From Candidatus Latescibacterota bacterium (lineage in GTDB: Bacteria; Latescibacterota; UBA2968), in assembly GCA_965198115.1 (NCBI GenBank), contig OZ240241.1, positions 3,968,001 through 4,032,000 on the forward strand: DNA of 64,000 bases. The letters are read 5' to 3'. The notes beneath the pieces were generated by a model. That model searched no databases. It was given only the letters and a program-made list of their open reading frames with translations, and had not been told where the DNA came from. Positions 54,363 to 63,800 of the stretch are shown here, one piece after another (position 1 is the stretch's first letter; each line of letters starts with the position of its first letter). The translations under genes and the position numbers were made by a program.

Positions 54363-54442
54363 CAACGCAATGGTAAGAAAATTCTGGGCATTCAGGTATG
54401 TAATTCCCCAAAGAAAGGCAAACAGGGCAACAGACAGTTTTT

Positions 54443-56071
54443 TCAGCGCACAGGCGGCATTGGAAGCGGTCTGCGGACCTTCGGTTTGCGCTTGGGTGTA
54501 CTCTCCGGTGTACTCGCATTCGTGAGCGGTAGGCCTACAGGGTCCTGCGACTGTTCTCCGTCGGGAGACAAGTTCATAAGTGAGGGTACTCTGTCCTGAA
54601 TCGTCACATTATCCACTGCCATGTAGGGACGGGCCCCCGTCGCATTGTTCGGGTCCGTGATGACCGTCACGTCGAATGTCTTTCGGCTCGCACAGACCTT
54701 TAATCGCGACATCGAATGCCGCATCAGGGTGCTACTGTCGTTGTCGAAGAAATCCACGATCCGCGCCGACTTGTGCTTACCCGTGCCGGATGCGCGGAGT
54801 ACGCGACCGATCCGTTGAACCATTAGCTTATCCGACTTCATCCCGCCTGCAACAATCAGGGTGTCCAGTGATGGAATGTCTACGCCCTCGCCGAGGATAG
54901 TACCCACGATACACAGGAGTTTTTTCTTCTCGAACGCAGCAATCGCAGCCGCCCGCTCCTGTGCCGTAGACTTCCCATGAAGGAACACACAACCGGGAAT
55001 CATATTGCTGAGCACGGACCCATGCTGCTCGATCCGCTCGACGGAGATCAGCACCGACCTGCCCGCCTTCATGTCCTCTGCCGCTATTTTGGCGATCATG
55101 GCGTTGCGCCGTGCGTTTCCGAGCAGGTCCTGTTCGTACTTCTCGTGCCACGGTCGTCGTTTCTTGGCTGAAGTGGTGTGTGTAAACACCTCGTGGAACT
55201 CTACTGCCGGACGCGACAGAATACCCCGCTCGACGAGCTCATCCGTACCGACACTGGAGATCACACGGCCCGTCGCCGCTTCGAGGAGCCTGCGCCCTGC
55301 CTCGTCGTCTTTCCCCGGTGTAGCGGTGAACCCTATCCGATACCAGGCGTCGGACATCTGTACCAGCCGGTACCACGTATTGCCGGTCGCGTTCGGGGAC
55401 TTCGCTACGTGATGGCACTCGTCTACGATGATGCAGCCCGCGTTGGAAAGCAGGTCACGCACGTCCTGCGAGTCCTTTCTCTTCCAGAGTATCTGGGCCG
55501 TGCATACGACGAGCGGCTTGTACGGCTCCCATTGTCCGTCTCCGCATCGACCGATGTGCTCGGCTGGTATGATCTCCGCCAGGTCCCCTGGCCGTCTGTG
55601 CAAGCAGCGTCCGGTTCGGCACGAAGTAGATCGTGCGCCTGCATATCTTCTGGATGGTTACGGCGGCGGTAACCGTCTTGCCTGAGCCTGTGGCATGATG
55701 GACGATACCCCTTCCCTTCGCCAATGCTGCGTCCGAGGCTTCGATCTGGTAGTCGCGTAAGTGCATGGTCGTCTTGCCGAACTGGAAAGACGGGTGTACG
55801 TCCTTACGCATGTCTATGCTCTGCGAACTGAACCCCGCCTTGTCCAGGGCGGCTACGATACCGGGCGTCCATCCGGACGGAAAGGCTCCGGTGCGCTGCG
55901 ACAGGGTAGCAGGCATGCTTGGGATTGGCGACGAACTTCCTTCTTCGCCGGTCGTAGTAGAAGTCCGTCCACTTGATCGTGCATACGCGCCTGATGACCC
56001 TCAGGGCCATCGCACTGTCCGTGGCAGCGATCGAATACGATGTTGTGAAGCGCGATCCTTACGTCATCCAT
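54443..56071 (-). CDS. Superfamily 2 DExH helicase (phage UvsW/SSL2-like), about three frameshifts
   Basis: LRDYQ, ATGSGKT, VDECHH, GFTATP, GEGVDIP, QRIGRVLR. AGGAG RBS before ATG 56071. Confidence 0.85.
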
Positions 56072-56091
56072 GTCAGAAATTCTCCTGTGTA

Positions 56092-57465
56092 GAGCTATAA
56101 TCAAAAGGTGTGGAAAAAGAGAAAGGGCGACCCTACCCTTCCCGTGAGATAGTTGATTCACACAAAACCGGGTGAGAGGCCCGGTTGGGAAGGAGGATCG
56201 CCGTGAAGGAACATACGCATAGAGCCCCATTGAAGTCCATGCCGACGTGGGAGACGGTTGACGATTGGATCCGTGAAGAGATCCAGGGCCGGTTCCAGTT
56301 CATTCTGGAGGAGGAGGCGACCGCGTTCTTGGGCCGGTCGTGGTATGAGCGCCGAGCCGAGGTCGATAGCTCCAGGGGCTACAGGAACGGCTACGGCAAG
56401 CCCCGGCGTCTCTCGACGAGCTGCGGAACGATCAAGGTCCGGCGTCCCCGGGTTCGTGGTCTGGAAGAGCGGTTTGAAAGCCGCATCCTCCCCCTGTTCG
56501 CCCGGAGAACCAGGGCCATTGGAGATCTGCTTCCCGACCTTTATCTCCACGGTCTCTCCCAGGGCGACTTCGAGTTGTCTTTGCGTGCGCTGCTCGGTGA
56601 TGGCGCGCCGCTTTCGCCGACCTCGATCGCTCGTCTTCGAGGGAAGTGGGAGGTCGACTTCCAGGACTGGAAAGAAAGGCGTCTGGATAATCGCGAACTG
56701 GTCTACGCCTGGGCTGATGGCATCTACGTCAAAGCCGGGCTCGAGCGCGAGAAGGCGTGTCTGCTGGTCGTGATCGGCGCGATGAGCGACGGCAGCAAGG
56801 AGATCCTGGCGATAGAACCCGGTTATCGAGAGTCTACAGAATCCTGGCTCACGGTGCTACGGGATCTCCGGGATCGCGGGCTCGAACATCCTGTCCTGAT
56901 CGCCGCGGACGGGAATATGGGCATCTGGGCGGCCGTTGATCAGGTCTGGCCAGAGAGCCGGCAACAACGGTGCTGGAACCACAAGATCCTCAACGTGCTC
57001 GACAAGGTCGCCAAGCGTGCACAGGCTGAAGCCCGCGCACTGCTCGTCCAGATCCCCTATGCCGGCACGAAAAAGGAGGCCGAGAAGCTCCGGAAACGCT
57101 TTGCCGCACGGTATCGCTCACAGTTCCCTGCCGCCGTGGAGACGCTCGAAAGAGACTGGGATCGGATGGTCACGTTCTACGACTTCCCGAAGGAACACTG
57201 GAAACACCTGAGAACCACGAACGTCGTCGAGAGCCCCTTTGCTTCCGTTCGGCTTCGCACAAACGCCGCCAGGCGATTCAAGAAAGTCAGGAACGCCACG
57301 ACTCTCATCTGGCGTACGCTCAAGGTCGCAGAGAGCCGATTCAGGAAACTCACCGCGCCACACTTGCTACAACAAGTCTACGATCAGAAACACTCAACCG
57401 GACCGCAGGTCGAAGCCGGGAAGATGGCCGCCTGATTTCTTTTACACACCTATTGACCTGAGCTC
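56092..57465 (+). mobile_element. IS256-family element, copy 5 (intact transposase about 56203-57435, no target duplication)
   Basis: 1374 bp. Right end reads GAGCTC rather than GAACTC. Flanks CCTGTGTA and CCCATACC do not match. Confidence 0.97.
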
Positions 57466-57592
57466 CCCATACCTCCTTCCCCATCAACACACCTCATGTT
57501 TAATCACAATCAAGAGAGTTTCATATCCACTACAGATTGCCCACCAATTGTAGCCTCGATGAAGCCTTAGAAGGGTGGATGCGGCTGGTTCT

Positions 57593-57618
57593 GATGGACA
57601 CTGGATGGACACTGGATG
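57593..57618. repeat. Tandem 11-bp direct repeat near the tRNA 3' end (integrase arm-site-like)
   Basis: GATGGACACTG GATGGACACTG GATG, about 50 bp from the tRNA CCA end. Confidence 0.6.
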
Positions 57619-57669
57619 AAAGGCTACGGGCGACTCATCATCGAGCCGCCCGTAAGTCGTTATTTATAT

Positions 57670-57756
57670 TGGTGCCGAAGGCGGGGGTCGAACCCGCACG
57701 GGCTTGCGCCCACTGGATTTTGAGTCCAGCGCGTCTACCAGTTCCACCACTTCGGC
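57670..57756 (-). tRNA. tRNA-Leu (CAA)
   Basis: GCCGAAGTGGTGGAACTGGTAGAC..CTGGA-CTCAAAA-TCCAG, long variable arm, GGTTCGAC, encoded CCA. 87 nt. Confidence 0.97.
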
Positions 57757-57807
57757 ACGCTATATCCGGTTGCCAGGGAGCAGCGATTCGCTCCTCCCGG
57801 CTACCCT

Positions 57808-57836
57808 ATTCTATACCATACCGTCCGTACGATCAA
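57808..57836 (-). promoter_or_regulatory. Probable sigma70 promoter of tRNA-Leu
   Basis: Minus strand TTGATC-17 bp-TAGAAT. Confidence 0.6.
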
Positions 57837-57970
57837 CGATCGAAGTCTGTATCCATCGCCGTCGGAGGTCAACTTCACCGACAACCCACGTAGGCGAAGC
57901 CGCCTGTCCGCCGAGACCGTGTAGTGGCGAAGGCGGGTAGCCGCCGTCTACCTTCATCGACACCGGCCTC

Positions 57971-58426
57971 TCAGTCCCAATCCTCTCCCGCGGGTCTGAT
58001 GGCACGAGGCGGGCCCAGGATCTCCGCGTAGAGAATGCCTCGCAAAACCGCACGGCGATCGAACCTCAAAGTGTGACGCCGTGATCGCCGTGATCGCTCA
58101 TACACCGACGCTCCGCGCACATCGACCAACTCCGCAATACGCTCCTCGGCCTCGTGCTGAACCAGAACGCGTTCGATACCAGGCACTTCAGCGGGCAGAT
58201 GTTCGGCAGGCTGAGGCGTGACACGTTTGGGCGGCTCCGGTTCTGGTTCCTCCAGACGGCCCCAGTCGAACGTGTCGAACACATCCTCTTCGTCCTCTTC
58301 CACCGGTCCAGGTGATCGTCGATCTACTCGCTTTTCTTCCGCGCGCCTCGATTGATAGCGATTCACGAGCGACGAAACGATGCTGAACAGAATGAAGAGG
58401 ATAACCAGAACATCAAAACTCATCAC
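57971..58426 (-). CDS. Small membrane-anchored protein (YqfB-like)
   Basis: N-terminal TM helix, C-terminal RGILYAEILGPPRA. Third gene of the nfeD-floA operon. Confidence 0.75.
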   Translation of the reverse strand: MMSFDVLVILFILFSIVSSLVNRYQSRRAEEKRVDRRSPGPVEEDEEDVFDTFDWGRLEEPEPEPPKRVTPQPAEHLPAEVPGIERVLVQHEAEERIAELVDVRGASVYERSRRSRRHTLRFDRRAVLRGILYAEILGPPRAIRPAGEDWD

Positions 58427-58542
58427 AATCTCCGATCATCCCAAAAGCAAGCAGGGCGAAGCCGTCTCTACTTTTGTAACTGGTCAGTGGTCACTGATCA
58501 CTCCCGTCCACCGCCCACGGCCGACTGCCCACCGCCCACAGT

Positions 58543-59529
58543 TTAGTTCTCCTCCGTATCCGACGACTCACCCGAATCTCCAGCAATACCTTCCCGCATA
58601 TCCGTATCCGCCTGGATATTCCGCATGCGGTAGTAGTCCATCACACCCAGATTACCTTCCCGGAAGGCCTCTGCCATCGCACGAGGTACTTCCGCCTCCG
58701 CCTCCACTACACGTGAACGCATTTCCTGCACACGCGCCGTCATCTCCTGTTCCTGGGCAACCGCCATGGCCCGACGCTCCTCCGCCCTCGCCTGCGCGAT
58801 CTTGCGATCGGCTTCTGCCTGGTCCGTTTGCAACGCGGCACCGATGTTTTCACCCACGTCTACATCGGCAACGTCGATGGACAGGATCTCAAACGCCGTT
58901 CCCGAATCCAATCCCTTGTCCAGAACCGTTCTCGAGATCATGTCCGGATTCTCAAGCACGTCCTTGTGCGAATCGGCCGAGCCGATCGTCGTGACGATGC
59001 CCTCACCTACTCTCGCGATGATCGTCTCCTCGCCGGCGCCTCCGACCAAACGCTCGATGTTCGCCCGGACGGTCACCCGCGACGTCGCCTTCACCTGAAT
59101 GCCGTCCTTGGCCACCGCCGTCACCATCGGGGTTGAAATTACCTTCGGGTTGACGCTCACCTGGACGGCTTCGAACACATCACGACCAGCAAGATCGATC
59201 GCGGCAGCGCGTTCTGGCGTCAAAGTGATTCCCGCCTTATCCGCAGCGATCAATGCGCCTACGACCTTGCTCACATCGCCACCGGCCAGGTAATGCGCCT
59301 CCAGGAAGGTGGTCGAGATTTCCACACCTGCCTTCGAGGCATTGATCTGCGAGTTCACAATCACGCTCGGCGGGACTCGGCGAAGACGCATGCCGATCAT
59401 CTCGCCAATGCCGATTCGCACGTGGGCGGCCAGAGCCGCGACCCAGAGCGCAACCGGAATAAAATAGAAGAACAGCAGCAGAAAGACTACGACTGCCACG
59501 ACCATCAGAAGAAACAGGATGGACTCCAT
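58543..59529 (-). CDS. floA: Flotillin-like protein FloA (YqfA)
   Basis: [49 protein letters not shown]. Confidence 0.95.
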   Translation of the reverse strand: MESILFLLMVVAVVVFLLLFFYFIPVALWVAALAAHVRIGIGEMIGMRLRRVPPSVIVNSQINASKAGVEISTTFLEAHYLAGGDVSKVVGALIAADKAGITLTPERAAAIDLAGRDVFEAVQVSVNPKVISTPMVTAVAKDGIQVKATSRVTVRANIERLVGGAGEETIIARVGEGIVTTIGSADSHKDVLENPDMISRTVLDKGLDSGTAFEILSIDVADVDVGENIGAALQTDQAEADRKIAQARAEERRAMAVAQEQEMTARVQEMRSRVVEAEAEVPRAMAEAFREGNLGVMDYYRMRNIQADTDMREGIAGDSGESSDTEEN

Positions 59530-59550
59530 CAAAACATCTCCTATCGGCCC

Positions 59551-60885
59551 TTACACGTCCGCCGACTGCCTCACTACGATCCGATTGCCTTCGACCTCGA
59601 CCACGGTGATCGAGGTCTCCTTGACCAGGTAGTCACCCTCGGTCGTGACGCTCACGCGCTTGCCATCGAAAAGCCCCGTGCCTCCCGGACGAAGATCCGT
59701 GTAGGCTGTTCCCGTAGTACCAACTAGGTCATCATACTCGGACGCAGCAGAGTAGCCCGCTTCCCCGGCCTCCAGGACCACCCGACTCCAGGTTCGAGAG
59801 TGTGGAAGCCTTCGAAGCAACAGATAGCCAAGGACCGTCGTCAGCATCATCGCGAACATCAAGGGACGTACGGCGATACCGACCGAATCCCAGGTCCAGA
59901 GTTCGGTCCTACCCATCAGACTCAGGAACATGCTCGCCAGAATGAACACCACACCCGGCACCGCCAGAAGTCCGAATCCCATCACGAAGAAGACATCAGC
60001 CAGTACAAGGGCGACACCTAACACGAACAGGAGAACCTCTGTCCAGTTGGCGAGCTGAGCGATCAGATGACTGCCAAAGAAAAGTCCCAGACAGATCAGC
60101 GCCAGGCTGCCACCGATTCCCCACCCGGGACTCTGGATCTCGAAGATCAGCCCCAGGAACCCGAGCGTCATCAACATCGAAGCCACCATCGGATGAGTCA
60201 GCCACCGAACCGCCTGTTCTGCCCAGTTGACGGTCTGCCTCACGACAGTTGCATCTTCGAGCTCGAAATGGTCAAGCAATTCCTTCATCTTCTCGGCTGC
60301 CGCCTCGGCGGTGATCTTGTACTCGGCGATTCCTTCCTTGAGCGCTTCCTCGGTCGTCAGCGTCAGCAGCTTGCCCTTCGGGGCCAAACCCTCGATCTCA
60401 ACATCCTCGTCGACCATGGCCTCGGCGAGCTCCGGACGACGACCGGTCTTCTCTGCAGTGGCCTTCATCTCGTTGCGAAAGTACGAGATGACCTTCTCGC
60501 TCGCCTTGTTCCCCTGCATGTCGACGGCCGTTGCCGCACCGATCGTGCCGCCTTCTGCCATCACGATATGGTCCGTTGAGAGGGAAATCAGCGCACCGGC
60601 AGAAATGGCACGCGGATTGATAAATGCGATCGTCCGGACCTCGCTGTAGAGCAAGGCATCCCGAATGGTTAGCGCCGCATCGAGGGCTCCCCCGGGAGTG
60701 TCGATTTCGAGCACCACGGCGGCGGCACCGCTCGCATCGGCTTCATCCATCACCCTTGCCACGAACGCCGCCAGCCCCTTCTCGATCGTCCCATTGATGG
60801 GAATCACAAGGACCTCTTCCGCACGGCCGGCCCCTGGCCAGAGAAGCAGCATCAGACAGCAGATATGGAAAAAAAGCTTCACCAT
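59551..60885 (-). CDS. NfeD-family membrane serine protease (YqeZ-like)
   Basis: IDTPGG, AISAGALI, GKLLTLT, TM region, C-terminal OB fold TDLRPGG. Confidence 0.93.
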   Translation of the reverse strand: MVKLFFHICCLMLLLWPGAGRAEEVLVIPINGTIEKGLAAFVARVMDEADASGAAAVVLEIDTPGGALDAALTIRDALLYSEVRTIAFINPRAISAGALISLSTDHIVMAEGGTIGAATAVDMQGNKASEKVISYFRNEMKATAEKTGRRPELAEAMVDEDVEIEGLAPKGKLLTLTTEEALKEGIAEYKITAEAAAEKMKELLDHFELEDATVVRQTVNWAEQAVRWLTHPMVASMLMTLGFLGLIFEIQSPGWGIGGSLALICLGLFFGSHLIAQLANWTEVLLFVLGVALVLADVFFVMGFGLLAVPGVVFILASMFLSLMGRTELWTWDSVGIAVRPLMFAMMLTTVLGYLLLRRLPHSRTWSRVVLEAGEAGYSAASEYDDLVGTTGTAYTDLRPGGTGLFDGKRVSVTTEGDYLVKETSITVVEVEGNRIVVRQSADV

Positions 60886-61079
60886 CGGACCTCTCCTTTA
60901 CGAACCTCGACGTTATGTACCATATTGCAATAGGGTTGTCAATGCGGCGCAGCCCATTCAGCCCAGGCATTGAAGTTGGGACAACCAATGGTGCCGGACG
61001 TCCCGCCGTTTCACGAGAATAAGTCATCAGGTGTCTGCTCGGTGGGGCGATGTGTTCAGTGGTCTCAGTGGCCGGTTTC

Positions 61080-61108
61080 TTGACACGATTCTGGCCAGCG
61101 GGTATCTT
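61080..61108 (+). promoter_or_regulatory. Sigma70 promoter of tRNA-Met
   Basis: TTGACA-17 bp-TATCTT. Confidence 0.75.
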
Positions 61109-61129
61109 TTTCCCTCCTGGAAACGACGT

Positions 61130-61206
61130 GGCGGTGTAGCTCAGCTGGTTAGAGCAGTGGAATCATAATCCACGTGTCGGGGGTTCGAATCCCTCCACCG
61201 CTACCA
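61130..61206 (+). tRNA. tRNA-Met (CAT), probably elongator
   Basis: GGCGGTGTAGCTCAGCTGG..GTGGA-ATCATAA-TCCAC..GGTTCGAATCC..CCA. Paired 1:72 position and no triple G-C anticodon stem, so not initiator. Confidence 0.93.
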
Positions 61207-61267
61207 CAAAAACAGAAAGCGCCCGCGTGATTGAACATCCTCGCGGGCGCATCTCGTTTCCCCACTA

Positions 61268-62823
61268 GGAGCCTGTCGGGTTACACCCGGAAGCTCGTTG
61301 AGATTAAGTCCAGCTGAGTCTGTCAGCGACCGGTTACCTTCGTTTTTTCCTTGAGCCGAGTTCCTCTTCGGGATCAGGTAGCCAATGAGAGTCGATAGAG
61401 TTTCAGAAGGTTGTGTGTGAGACAGATCAGGTTCCATTCTCTGATGACTTTGTGGATTCGGCGGAATGAGAATCGGGTGAAGTTCCGAACGGATTTGATC
61501 TGTCCAAACACGGGTTCGATGATCTGTTTTCTTTTTCAGTAGGTGCAGCGACCTTTCTGTGTGAGAAGCTTTCTCGCCATTTTGTCTTTCGTCGTTGCGC
61601 CCTTGGGGATCCGTCCCCTGGGGCAGGTCGCGATGGGCGTTCCATGTTTCTGTTTTGTCGTCGCCACATAGAGGTCGACGCCATCTGATTGAACCTGATC
61701 GACCTGACTTTGGTTGAAGTATCCGGTGTCGGCAGTGAGGTGCTTGGGTGTCGTGCCGCCCATATTCGCTCTGATCTGGTTGACCATAGGTGTCATCTGG
61801 TTCTTGTCATCAGCTTCTTGGGTGACGTCGGCAGCAACGACAATCTGGGCCTTGTCATCCACAGCAGCTTGGCAGTTGTAGGCTTGAAGGAATTGGCCCC
61901 CTGAGACCATGATCCGTGAGTCGGGATCGGTGAAGTTCAGTTGTTCCTTTCAGTCGGGCTCTTTCGATGGAGGCTTGGGCTTACGTCCACGACCGCCGCG
62001 GCGCTCCCGGGCCTTTACCTTCTCTTCATACGCTGCCTGCTTCTCAGGAAACTCAGCCTCCGCTTCGGCTTCGATCTCGGCTATTGCGTCGCGGATTACT
62101 TTGAGTCGAGTCTCCCGGTGCTGCAACTCCTCGGGCAACTCGTCGCCGCGGTTGTCCTTTCCGTAGAGTTCGTCTTCGGCCGCGTCAGTGGCTTCGGCCT
62201 CGGTCAAGAGTCTGCGCACTTCGGCCTCGATCTCGGCTTCTTTCTTCTTCATCCGGCCGTAGCTCATCGCTTTGTGTTTTGAGGCATTTGCTTTGACTTT
62301 CGTGCCATCCAACGCCACGTGTCCCAGCTTCACCAGACCTGCCTTCACGCAGAGACACAGCACTTGCCTGAACAGACCTGAGAGGGCATCCAGATGCCGT
62401 TGACGAAAGGTCGATATCGTGTCGTGATCAGGATGCTGATCCAGGCTGAGCACACGGAAAGCAACCGAGTCATAGGTCGCACGCTCGATCTTGCGGGAAC
62501 TCCTGATGCCTTCACAGTAACCATACAGCAGTAGGCTCACCATCATCCGGGGATCATACGGTGGCTGGCCACCTTGAGACCCATCGTAGGTCTCGTAGAT
62601 CGCGGACAAATCAAGTTGTCCGACGATATCCAGAATGAAGTAGGTCGGATGACCCTTGGGAAGCCAACTCCGGAGATCCGGAGGCAGCAACATCAACTGA
62701 GCCGGATTGTAGACACGAAACCGAGTAGAAGTGCTCAACGGAAACCTCCAATTCAGAGTCGGAACCTTGATCGCACTTCTACAATACGAAATCTTCCTCC
62801 GGCTGGGTACTCCGACAGGCTCC
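61268..62823 (-). mobile_element. IS1182-family element
   Basis: Perfect 12-bp IRs GGAGCCTGTCGG (61268-61279) and CCGACAGGCTCC (62812-62823). No clear target duplication. Confidence 0.88.
61374..62738 (-). pseudogene. IS1182 transposase with two in-frame TGA codons (61950-61952, 61536-61538)
   Basis: One continuous frame: GIRSSRKIE, PDHDTI, ALDGTKVKANASK, *, NFTDPDSRIM, AYNCQ, ADTGY, *, KRKQIIEPVFGQIK, HNLLKL. Confidence 0.88.
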
Positions 62824-62873
62824 GCCCGATTCAATGGGTCACTCCGCTTACCAGAAGGAACCCCTGTTCCCCG

Positions 62874-63785
62874 TTACCCCTCCGGGGTATCCGTCAGAAT
62901 GTCCTCGATGCGTGCCAGGGTCTCCTCTGACAGATCGAGCTCTCCCGCTACGAGATGATCATTCACCTGATCCGGTTTTTTCGCGCCAACCAGCACGCAA
63001 CTGACTGCCTTTTCGCGTAGACACCAGGCGATCGCGAGTTGAACCATCGTGATCCCCAGGTCAGCGGCAACCACCTTCAGGCGAGCCACAAGCGCGCAGT
63101 AGCGCTCGAACAGTTCGCCCTGAAAGCGAGGAGAATTCGATCGCTCGTCGTCGTCCGGAAAAACGTGACCGGGCGCGTACTTCCCTGTCAACAGCCCTTT
63201 ACCCAGAGGGCTGTGGGCAAGGTTTCCAATCCCCTTTTCTTCACAATAGGGCAGATCTTCCACCTCGATTTTGCGATCGACCAGGTTGTAGCGGGGCTGA
63301 CTCGAATGGAACGCCGCGATGCCGTACGCCTCTTCCATCTGAGAGGCGTTGAAATTGGAAACCCCGAGATATCGAGTCTTACCTTCTTCCTGCAGCCGTG
63401 CCATGGCCTCCATCGTCGCCTCGATCGGGTAACGATCGGCCCCCCAGCTGTGTACCTGATACAGATCCACGTGATCGACGTTCAACGCCTGCAGACTGTT
63501 GTCCATCGCCGTCTTCACATCTTTCGGTGAATAGTCACGGCTTACTTTCGTCGCGAGGAAGCAGCGATCGCGATATCCGTCCCGGAGCGCCTTTCCCAAC
63601 GTCGACTCACTCGTTCTGTAAGCTTGCGCCGTGTCCAGCAGAGTGATCCCGCCGTCGATCGCCGCACGTACGGTCGCAATCGATGCGGATTCGGCCATCG
63701 CTCCCATCCCGCCCCCAATCGGCCAGGCACCCAGCCCGATGACCGATACGTCTGAACCTCCTCGACCCAACTCACGCGTTCTCAT
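62874..63785 (-). CDS. Aldo/keto reductase
   Basis: IGLGAWPIGG, LDTAQAY, GVSNF, HSPLGKGLLTGKY. Confidence 0.93.
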   Translation of the reverse strand: MRTRELGRGGSDVSVIGLGAWPIGGGMGAMAESASIATVRAAIDGGITLLDTAQAYRTSESTLGKALRDGYRDRCFLATKVSRDYSPKDVKTAMDNSLQALNVDHVDLYQVHSWGADRYPIEATMEAMARLQEEGKTRYLGVSNFNASQMEEAYGIAAFHSSQPRYNLVDRKIEVEDLPYCEEKGIGNLAHSPLGKGLLTGKYAPGHVFPDDDERSNSPRFQGELFERYCALVARLKVVAADLGITMVQLAIAWCLREKAVSCVLVGAKKPDQVNDHLVAGELDLSEETLARIEDILTDTPEG

Positions 63786-63800
63786 AGTTCCTCCGTTCAG

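Larger units (their letters stand above)
53301..54408 (-). mobile_element. Non-autonomous IS1595-derived cassette carrying a DNA methyltransferase
   Basis: 24-bp IRs, 22/24 match: GGGAATTATATACCTGAGTGCCCA (53301-53324) and TGGGCATTCAGGTATGTAATTCCC (54385-54408). Transposase C-terminal remnant inside. Confidence 0.8.

Noticed and set aside
50396-57465. Composite transposon bounded by IS256 copies 3 and 5
   Set aside because: Outer flanks (AAGGGGGCT and CCCATACCT) are not duplicated, and copy 3 is truncated.
57537-57893. ORF across the tRNA, possibly an integrase C-terminal remnant (DEALEGWMRLV)
   Set aside because: It overlaps tRNA-Leu antisense, has no catalytic integrase motif, and the similarity is too short to support.
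61130-61206. Initiator tRNA-fMet or tRNA-Ile2
   Set aside because: It lacks the C1:A72 mismatch and the three consecutive G-C anticodon-stem pairs. The acceptor stem resembles elongator Met. Ile2 is not fully excluded without a covariance model.
61536-61952. Selenocysteine in the IS1182 transposase
   Set aside because: No hairpin follows either TGA, and the positions are not Cys-type sites.
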